From NCBI GenBank assembly GCA_964628295.1, contig CAZVLS010000005.1, positions 192,931 through 256,930 on the forward strand: DNA of 64,000 bases, read 5' to 3'. The position numbers and the translations under genes are program-made. Under the pieces are notes generated by a model that searched no databases, was not told the origin of the DNA, and saw only the letters and a list, made by a program, of their open reading frames with translations. The stretch is from an uncultured Acidobacterium sp. Lineage in GTDB: Bacteria > Acidobacteriota > Vicinamibacteria > Vicinamibacterales > UBA2999. Shown here one piece after another: positions 50,504 to 57,032 of the stretch. Each line of letters starts with the position of its first letter. Within the stretch, counting starts at the first letter, position 1.

Positions 50504-51576
50504 AATAATTTCGGCGAGGTGTCTTGATAGCCTTCGCCATTGAGCGATTTCAAGAACGCCACTACGGCGTCGACGTCGGTTTGCGACAGCCCTAGCGGCG
50601 CGATGCGGCCGTTCCTTACTTCTGGGTGTCCGCCGCGGTTATAGAACTCCACCACCTCTTTGAGCGTCGCCATCGACCCGTCGTGCATGTAGGGCGCGTG
50701 CTTGTCGACATCCCGCAGTCCTGGAGTCTTGAACGCGCCCATGTCCAGCGGATCCTTCGTCACCGCGTAGCGTCCCGGGTCCTTGAACGTCCTCGTCGCC
50801 GCGTCCCATCCAATGCCGATGCGGTGGAAGAGTCCGTCGGAGAAGTTGAAGCCCGTATGACACGTGGCGCAGCGGCCTTTGAAGAAGAAGATCTCGCTGC
50901 CGCGTTGCGCTTCGCGTGACAGGGCCTTGGCGTCTCGTCCGTATGCCCAGCGATCGTAGGCGGAGTTACCGCTGCGCCGTGTGCGCACATAATCGGCGAG
51001 TGCCGACGCGATGCGATCGGCGGTGATGCCTGGCGTCCCGAACGCTTCTGTGAAATACGGCTGGTAGCCATCGATCGCCGAGAAGCGCGACACCATGGCG
51101 CCGTGGTCCATGCCCATCTCGCGTGGATCGGCGATCGGCGCCAGCGCCTGCGCTTCGAGCGTCGTGACGCGGCCGTCCCAGAAGAATGCCGGTCCGGGAT
51201 CGCGCGGTTCGCCGGGGATCACCGTGCGCGCGGCGAGGTTGATGATGCTCGGCGTCTTTCGCGATCCGCGTTGCCCGCCGATGCCGGTGGCCACTGGCCT
51301 CTGCTCCGAGAAGGCAAACTCGGGCCGATGACATGTCGCGCACGAGATGGTGTTGTCGGCGGAGAGCCGTGTGTCGAAGAACAGCCAGCGTCCGAGCCGC
51401 ACGCGCGCGGGCGGAGGAGGGGCGGCATCCGCGAAGAACTCCTCCATGCCGAACGGCGGAGGCGCAATCGGCGTGATCGGATTGTCAGCGTCGAGTTGCG
51501 CGGGCGTCGGGCCGCACGCCATCGACACCTGCGCCGCAAAGAGAACGAAACGGCAAATCCTCAGCAACTCACGCAC
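50494..51576 (-). CDS. di-haem cytochrome c peroxidase (CCP/MauG family)
   Basis: Two CxxCH motifs, 'CATCHRPEFAF' and 'CATCHTGFNFSD', plus 'FKTPGLRDV' and 'YMHDGS'. Confidence 0.85.
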   Translation of the reverse strand: MRELLRICRFVLFAAQVSMACGPTPAQLDADNPITPIAPPPFGMEEFFADAAPPPPARVRLGRWLFFDTRLSADNTISCATCHRPEFAFSEQRPVATGIGGQRGSRKTPSIINLAARTVIPGEPRDPGPAFFWDGRVTTLEAQALAPIADPREMGMDHGAMVSRFSAIDGYQPYFTEAFGTPGITADRIASALADYVRTRRSGNSAYDRWAYGRDAKALSREAQRGSEIFFFKGRCATCHTGFNFSDGLFHRIGIGWDAATRTFKDPGRYAVTKDPLDMGAFKTPGLRDVDKHAPYMHDGSMATLKEVVEFYNRGGHPEVRNGRIAPLGLSQTDVDAVVAFLKSLNGEGYQDTSPKLFPR

Positions 51577-52138
51577 GTGCGCGCGCCCAACAGCGGTCGA
51601 GCAACGGCACGAGGTCGCTGCGTCCGAGAGCGGCCTCGAGCAGTCGCAGCGTTTCGCGAGTGCCGCGATCGTCGACGACGTTGCCGTGAAGGGTGAGCAG
51701 CATCACGACGTCTTCGATGTCTTTGGGACGGCCGGCTAGCACCTTGAGAACGATCAGATCCGGCAAGGCGATCACCGGCACATCGATCTCTGCGATGCGG
51801 CGCGTGACGGCGCGAGCCAGGAACGCTTCCTCCAAGCCGGGTCCGCCCATCACGACGTCAACCGGCATGCCGGTCGGACGGTGAAGAAGGGGCGCGACCC
51901 GCGTGCGCTCGATGAACGTCGCGTCGTGGGAGCGGCGCTCGAATCCATGCCGCTCGAGTTCGGCCAGCCAGGCATCCGGCGGCCCTGGTGGCGCGGCGAT
52001 CGTGACGTCGACGTCGGCGGTGAGCCGAGCGACACCGTAGACGATGGCCGCTTGGGCGCCGAAGAGATACCAACGGACCCCAATGGCGTCGAGGGCCCGT
52101 GACAGATCGGCGAGGAGGTCAGCGACCGTTGAACGCAC
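51569..52138 (-). CDS. minimal nucleotidyltransferase-fold protein, paralogue 2
   Basis: From GTG 52138: 'VRSTVADLLADLSRALDAIGVRWYLFGAQAAIVYGVARLTADVDVTI', then 'VDVVMG' and 'PDLIVLKVLAGRPKDIEDVVMLL'. It aligns block by block with the gene at 52576..53106. Start chosen by that alignment; the listed ORF runs to 52234. Confidence 0.5.
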   Translation of the reverse strand: MRSTVADLLADLSRALDAIGVRWYLFGAQAAIVYGVARLTADVDVTIAAPPGPPDAWLAELERHGFERRSHDATFIERTRVAPLLHRPTGMPVDVVMGGPGLEEAFLARAVTRRIAEIDVPVIALPDLIVLKVLAGRPKDIEDVVMLLTLHGNVVDDRGTRETLRLLEAALGRSDLVPLLDRCWARARA

Positions 52139-52586
52139 GCGCGACCTGATCCAACTGGGTGCGGAGACGGAGATGATGAGCGAGATCGTCGGCGCGGTCC
52201 GCATCACTTGGATACGGCGCGAGGCGTTGGGCATGTTCGAGCAGGGCCGCCGATGCTTGCCACGCGACGGCCAGTCCGTGTCGCCGAACTTGGTCCGCCC
52301 AGCCCGCGCGTTTGCTACGGTCCACGGCGTCCCAGTCTCGATTGACGAAGGCCCGGAGATCGGCGGGACTCAACGGTTCGTCAGCTCTGCTCAGCGAGAA
52401 CGGCTGCCATGTGTCCGAGGCTGTGGGTCGGCGCTGCAACGTGTCAGCAGGAAAGAACCCAGCCACGACGCGCCAGTCATAATCGAGCCATGACGGCGTT
52501 TGGTCGCGCATTCGTCTGAGCGCCGATCGGTCCTCCCCGCTGACTGGAAGGCCGGCGTCGAGGTCGATTGGAACATCATTGGCCAC
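52119..52586 (-). CDS. hypothetical Trp/Arg/Asp-rich protein with C-terminal Rx5H motif
   Basis: From GTG 52586: 'VANDVPIDLDAGLPVSGEDRSALRR..'. The helical C-terminal half contains 'DRADDLAHHLRLRTQL'. It overlaps both flanking genes (11 nt and 20 nt). No family recognised. Confidence 0.4.
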   Translation of the reverse strand: MANDVPIDLDAGLPVSGEDRSALRRMRDQTPSWLDYDWRVVAGFFPADTLQRRPTASDTWQPFSLSRADEPLSPADLRAFVNRDWDAVDRSKRAGWADQVRRHGLAVAWQASAALLEHAQRLAPYPSDADRADDLAHHLRLRTQLDQVARAFNGR

Positions 52587-53106
52587 GACGAAGCTCCTCC
52601 CACCGGTCGAGCAATCCGGCCCTGGAAAAGTAGCCCCGTGCCTCGTCGGCGTCAACGTCGGGCAACGCGAGCAGCAGGCGAATGTCGGCCAGATCCTGCC
52701 ACGTCCGTTCGGGGGCGTTCTTGATCGCCTGGACTTTCATGGCGATCAGATGTTCGGGACGCGGCACCCGGATCTCGCGACCGCCCGGGCCGCGCATGAG
52801 ACGCGTGGCCGGGAACAGTTGCCTCGAGGTCGCCGCATCGACATAGATCATGTCGACCCGGCCCCATTCCGCGTCTGGATGTAGGTGATTGGAGAAACCC
52901 GGCGAGCGATACAGCGTTCGATAGCCTGCCGCTTCGAGCCCTGTGACCAAGTCCGGCTGGGCGCCGGACTCGGTCACGATATCCAGGTCGATCGTCAGTC
53001 GCGGATTGCCATAGGCCGCGAGTGCCACGCCCCCGGCCACGGCCGATGGCCACCCACCGGCGGACAACACCGTCTCGACGCGATCGAGTGCGGCCAGGAA
53101 GTTCAC
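52576..53106 (-). CDS. minimal nucleotidyltransferase-fold protein, paralogue 1
   Basis: 'MNFLAALDRVETVLSAGGWPSAVAGGVALAAYGNPRLTIDLDIV' (G-G..R.T.D.D signature of Pol-beta-type NTases), then 'VDMIYV' and 'PEHLIAMKVQAIKNAPERTWQDLADIRLLL'. Confidence 0.55.
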   Translation of the reverse strand: MNFLAALDRVETVLSAGGWPSAVAGGVALAAYGNPRLTIDLDIVTESGAQPDLVTGLEAAGYRTLYRSPGFSNHLHPDAEWGRVDMIYVDAATSRQLFPATRLMRGPGGREIRVPRPEHLIAMKVQAIKNAPERTWQDLADIRLLLALPDVDADEARGYFSRAGLLDRWEELRRGQ

Positions 53107-53396
53107 CAGCCGATTCTATCTCGCGGCTCAACATAGCCATCGATCACAAACCGATAGGCGCGACCGGTTCCGTTCGGTCGCTCGACAACGGTTTCGCATT
53201 CCACATACGAGTTGCGCATCACCGCCCGGCACGTGCGGATGGCGTTCTCGACAATCGGCGCGCCTTGAAGCGGCTGATACGTGTCGGTCGTGTTCCACGC
53301 TCCGATGAGAGGCGTGAGCCACTCTGCGGAAGGCTGCGCAGACGCGATGGCGGGATAGGCGAGCAGGAACACGACGGCCCAATGGATCATGCGCAA
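53103..53396 (-). CDS. small secreted protein
   Basis: Signal peptide MRMIHWAVVFLLAYPAIASA, then 'LTPLIGAWNTTDTYQP..'. 97 aa, with a 4-nt overlap with the downstream NTase start. Confidence 0.45.
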   Translation of the reverse strand: MRMIHWAVVFLLAYPAIASAQPSAEWLTPLIGAWNTTDTYQPLQGAPIVENAIRTCRAVMRNSYVECETVVERPNGTGRAYRFVIDGYVEPRDRIGW

Positions 53397-53461
53397 AATG
53401 CTACCGATGGATTCGGATGCGGGACGAATGATGTGACCGGCCCCTTGGTAATATTCAGCGC

Positions 53462-53782
53462 ATGCTTGTCATCCTGTTTCGATCGAAGCTGACCGCGACC
53501 GCCGGCGATGACTACGGCGCCATGGCGACGGCCATGGCCAATCACGCCAGGACCTTCAAGGGATTCATCGACATGAAGGGCTTCAAGGCCGAGGACGGTG
53601 AACGCCTGACGATGGTGTGGTGGGAGGACGAAGAGACGCTGAAAGTCTGGGCGAGCGACATGAAACATCGTGCCGCCCAGAACCTGGGGCGAGAAAAGTG
53701 GTACGAGTACTACACGATCGAAGTGGCGCAGATCATTCGCACCAACAACTTCGAACGGGCCGCGGCCGGTGCTACCGGCTAG
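53462..53782 (+). CDS. antibiotic-biosynthesis-monooxygenase (ABM) domain protein
   Basis: 106 aa, 'MLVILFRSKL..', 'ERLTMVWWEDEETLKVW', ferredoxin-like ABM pattern. Confidence 0.7.
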   Translation: MLVILFRSKLTATAGDDYGAMATAMANHARTFKGFIDMKGFKAEDGERLTMVWWEDEETLKVWASDMKHRAAQNLGREKWYEYYTIEVAQIIRTNNFERAAAGATG

Positions 53783-54205
53783 TTACGACGGAGGTCCACC
53801 GCGATAGACCGAGGCCTCGTCGACGAAACACAGCGGATTGCCCGATGGGTCATCCAGGTAGAACGAGACCTCGCCCCAGGGGCGCCTGGCGATTTCGCCC
53901 ATCGGCAGGCGGCCGTCGCCGATCTCGGTGGACAGGCCGCCCAGCTTTTGCGCGCGCGCGAACACGGCCTGCAGATCGGGCACCGCGAAGTAGATGTACT
54001 CCGGATTTGGGCGGACAGGTTCGCGATCGTCGTCGCCGAGGGAGTCGTAGACGGCGAGAATCACACCGCCGCAGTTGAAGTAGTGCCGCCCGCCCGAGAC
54101 GCGGAATCCGGGGGTGTCGAGCAACGCGGCATAGAAGCGGGCGCCCTCGTCAATGTTGTTGACCGGCACGATGACGCGAAACAATCTGGCGGTTGAGGAC
54201 TGCAT
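53783..54205 (-). CDS. VOC/glyoxalase-family protein
   Basis: From ATG 54205: 'RLFRVIVPVNNIDEGARFYAALLD', 'YIYFAVPDLQAVFARAQKLG', 'SFYLDDPSGNPLCFVD'. Confidence 0.75.
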   Translation of the reverse strand: MQSSTARLFRVIVPVNNIDEGARFYAALLDTPGFRVSGGRHYFNCGGVILAVYDSLGDDDREPVRPNPEYIYFAVPDLQAVFARAQKLGGLSTEIGDGRLPMGEIARRPWGEVSFYLDDPSGNPLCFVDEASVYRGGPPS

Positions 54206-54272
54206 GTCCTGGAGCGTAACGGCCGGCCGCGGGCGGCACAAGACGGCACTTTGAAGTACCCAGGGAGCAGCT

Positions 54273-54680
54273 GTGCGAAGCAAAGAGTCCATTTACGTCG
54301 AACGCGATGCCTGTCCGCTCTATACCGCTATTGGCGTGATCAGCGGGCGCTGGAAGCCGATGATCATGCAGCGATTGGCTGCCGGACCGCAGGGGTTTGG
54401 CACGTTGCAGCGCGCGATGCCGCGGGTGACGAAGAAGGTGCTGCGTGAGCAGTTACGGCAACTGGAGGCCGACAACCTGGTGTCGCGACGGGCGCTGTCG
54501 CCGGCGCGGCTGGGCGTCAGGTATCAGCTCACGCCGTACGCTGCCACCCTCAATCCGGTTTTCAATCAGCTCTTGAAATGGGGCCTTGAGCACCTCGGCC
54601 GGCCGGAAACAGCGAACGGCACACGCATCTCCAGGCCCGCATCGTCACCAGACAGTTCGCACGTGCGCGTAGTCCCGTAA
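54273..54680 (+). CDS. HxlR-family winged-helix transcriptional regulator
   Basis: 'CPLYTAIGVISGRWKPMIMQRLAAGPQGFGTLQRAMPRVTKKVLREQLRQLEADNLVSRR'. Divergent from the VOC gene. Confidence 0.8.
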   Translation: MRSKESIYVERDACPLYTAIGVISGRWKPMIMQRLAAGPQGFGTLQRAMPRVTKKVLREQLRQLEADNLVSRRALSPARLGVRYQLTPYAATLNPVFNQLLKWGLEHLGRPETANGTRISRPASSPDSSHVRVVP

Positions 54681-55043
54681 GCGGGCGTCCTTAGTGATCA
54701 GCGTCGCCGAGAGCGATCGACTGGTCGCGACGATGATCTGGTCGGCCGGATCGCCGTGAAAGGGGAGCGGCAACCGGCAGCTGTCGAGCAGGATCGGCCT
54801 TGTCATGTCGGCCACTTGCATCCCCTCCATCGACAGCGCGTCCTCGATCCATTCGTCAAGGGGGCGATCGAGCGCGATCTGGCCCTTCTCGACCTTTTTC
54901 GCCATCTCCCAGATCGACATCATCGACAGATGGAGCTCGCCGCGCGCCTGGGCGCGGTCGATGGTGGTCCTGGCTCGCTTCGACAGACGCCGGTCACCGG
55001 TGACCCACCAGATCCAGGCGTGCGTATCAAGGACGATCGGCAT
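54645..55043 (-). CDS. vapC: PIN-domain ribonuclease toxin (VapC-like)
   Basis: From ATG 55043: 'MPIVLDTHAWIWW' .. 'SIWEMAKK' .. 'DPADQIIVATSRSLSATLITKDARL'. Confidence 0.8.
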   Translation of the reverse strand: MPIVLDTHAWIWWVTGDRRLSKRARTTIDRAQARGELHLSMMSIWEMAKKVEKGQIALDRPLDEWIEDALSMEGMQVADMTRPILLDSCRLPLPFHGDPADQIIVATSRSLSATLITKDARLRDYAHVRTVW

Positions 55044-55251
55044 CCCAGACCTCGCCGGTGGTGAACGGATCACCCGTTTCGAACACGATGCTGCCGGCCA
55101 GCGAACGCTTCTTCGTGGCCGCCGCAATCGGCACCAGCTTGGCCACCGGGCGGCCCCGCTTGGTAATGATGATCGGTCGGCGGCTGTGCGCCACTTCGTC
55201 CAGCGTCTGCAGGCAGATGTCCTTGAACTTGCCGGCGGCCATGGTCTTCAT
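55027..55251 (-). CDS. Phd/YefM-type antitoxin
   Basis: From ATG 55251: 'MKTMAAGKFKDICLQTLDEVAHSRRPIIITKRGRPVAKLVP'. It overlaps the PIN gene by 17 nt. Confidence 0.7.
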   Translation of the reverse strand: MKTMAAGKFKDICLQTLDEVAHSRRPIIITKRGRPVAKLVPIAAATKKRSLAGSIVFETGDPFTTGEVWDADRP

Positions 55252-55264
55252 TCCGTCATTATAG

Positions 55265-55284
55265 CCATGACCATATGGCCATGG
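55265..55284 (-). promoter_or_regulatory. 20-bp near-perfect palindrome (candidate antitoxin operator) next to a TATAAT box
   Basis: CCATGACCATATGGCCATGG, with 18 of 20 positions self-complementary. In mRNA sense it is followed by GCTATAATGACGGAATG, so the -10 box ends 6 nt before the ATG (near-leaderless). Confidence 0.45.
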
Positions 55285-55325
55285 GAATACTATCGGTGCC
55301 GTGGTGATATTCATCGCGTGGTCCT

Positions 55326-56849
55326 CTAGCGTGTGGTGTCAACGAAACGGTATTGGAGGGCCTCCCCCAGGTGGTCGGTGGTGACGGCGTCAGCGCGGGC
55401 AAGATCGGCAATCGTGCGGGCGACGCGGATGATGCGGTGAAAGGCGCGCGCCGACAGGTGCAGGCGCTCGGCGGAGCGTTCCAGCAGTCGCCGTCCGGCC
55501 GGGTCGAGTGGCGCCACCTTCTTCAGCTCAGGCCCGGTGAGCGTGGCATTGACACGCGAACGTATGCCGCGGGCGAGTTGTCGTTCGCGAGCCGCCAGGA
55601 CACGCGTTCGCACTGGGGCTGACGCTTCACCGGCCGGGCCTTCGGTCATCTCGGTGATTGGCACGGCTTCGACTTCGACAACGAGATCGAGCCGGTCGCG
55701 CAGCGGCCCCGAGAGGCGATTGTGATAGCGCGCGGTCTGCTGCGGCGTGCAACGGCACGCGCGCTTCGGATCACCCAGGTATCCACACGGACACGGGTTC
55801 ATCGCCGCCACCAGGACGAAGCGCGCAGGGAAGACGACCGATCGGAGGGCGCGCGACACCGTGATGCGCCCTTCCTCGATCGGCTGGCGCAGCGCTTCGA
55901 GCACGCGGCGATCGAACTCCGGCATCTCGTCAAGAAACAACACGCCGTGATGCGCGAGGCTGACTTCGCCGGGACGCGGTGTGCTGCCGCCACCGACGAG
56001 GGCCACGTCGGAGATGGTGTGATGCGGCGCGCGGAACGGGCGTTCGGTAAGGAGACCCACGCCCGGTCGCAGCTGTCCCGCGACCGAATGAATCGTCGTC
56101 GCTTCAATGGACTCGTCAAACGATAGCGGCGGTAGGATGCCTGCGAGTCGCCGGGCCAGCATGGTCTTGCCGGCACCCGGTGGACCGATCATCAGCAGGT
56201 TGTGGCCACCGGCCGCAGCCACTTCGAGCGCGCGTCGAGCGAACGCCTGGCCGTGGAGGTCAGAGAGATCGGCAGCCGGGGGTGCGTAGGGTGCCTGGGG
56301 TGATGGGGCTGGTGCCGGTGCCACGGGCCAGTCGGGTTCGGATTGGTTCAGTCGTTCAACAGCCTCCTTGAGCGTTTTGACCGGCAGCAAGCGCAGTCCC
56401 TCGACGACGCTGGCTTCGGCGAGGTTGTCGACCGGCAGGAGGAGCGCGCGGGCACCGTTGCGGCGGGCCTCCGCGGCGATCGGCAGCACGCCCCGAGCGG
56501 GCTGAATCGATCCGTCCAGCGACAACTCGCCGATATGGACGATGCCCGAGAAGTCCTTGCGGGTGACGACATGTTGGGCGGTGAGGAGGCCGATGGCGAT
56601 GGGCAGGTCGAACCCCGGGCCGGCCTTGCGGACGTCGCCGGGCGCAAGGTTGATCGTGATGCGCGAGACGGGGAACTCGTATCCGGAGTTCAGCATGGCC
56701 GCCCGCACCCGGTCCCGGCTTTCCTTGATGCTCGTGTCAGGCAGTCCGACGAGTTGAAAATGAGGGAAGCCGCGGCTGACGTCGATCTCGACCTGGACGC
56801 GACAGGCGTCTACGCCAATCACCGTAGCGCTCTCAATGGTTGCCAGCAT
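55326..56849 (-). CDS. comM: ComM/YifB-family Mg-chelatase-like AAA+ ATPase
   Basis: From ATG 56849: 'MLATIESATVIGVDA', Lon-like N-domain, Walker A 'GPPGAGKTMLA', 'GVLFLDEMPEF', C-terminal 'RAFHRIIRVARTIADL'. Confidence 0.9.
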   Translation of the reverse strand: MLATIESATVIGVDACRVQVEIDVSRGFPHFQLVGLPDTSIKESRDRVRAAMLNSGYEFPVSRITINLAPGDVRKAGPGFDLPIAIGLLTAQHVVTRKDFSGIVHIGELSLDGSIQPARGVLPIAAEARRNGARALLLPVDNLAEASVVEGLRLLPVKTLKEAVERLNQSEPDWPVAPAPAPSPQAPYAPPAADLSDLHGQAFARRALEVAAAGGHNLLMIGPPGAGKTMLARRLAGILPPLSFDESIEATTIHSVAGQLRPGVGLLTERPFRAPHHTISDVALVGGGSTPRPGEVSLAHHGVLFLDEMPEFDRRVLEALRQPIEEGRITVSRALRSVVFPARFVLVAAMNPCPCGYLGDPKRACRCTPQQTARYHNRLSGPLRDRLDLVVEVEAVPITEMTEGPAGEASAPVRTRVLAARERQLARGIRSRVNATLTGPELKKVAPLDPAGRRLLERSAERLHLSARAFHRIIRVARTIADLARADAVTTDHLGEALQYRFVDTTR

Positions 56850-57032
56850 GCGCAGGGCGGTGCAATCGCCTTGCCCCGGCGTCACAATTCAATTCAGGCC
56901 CGTTCCAACGCCGGGCCGCCGGCGCGCCTCCCACCGGTGGCAGAAACCGAGCACTCACAAACCTGTAACACGCTCAATTTCTGACACTTCGACGGATGCG
57001 AATAGCTGGGCCGGCGATATAATTCGCCCACC

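Noticed and set aside
53103-53396. Calling the 97-aa secreted-protein gene a pseudogene truncated by cassette insertion
   Set aside because: The idea rests only on its short length and abrupt end at the NTase start. I could not identify a longer family to compare with, so it is annotated as a small CDS, and the idea is mentioned only as a hypothesis.
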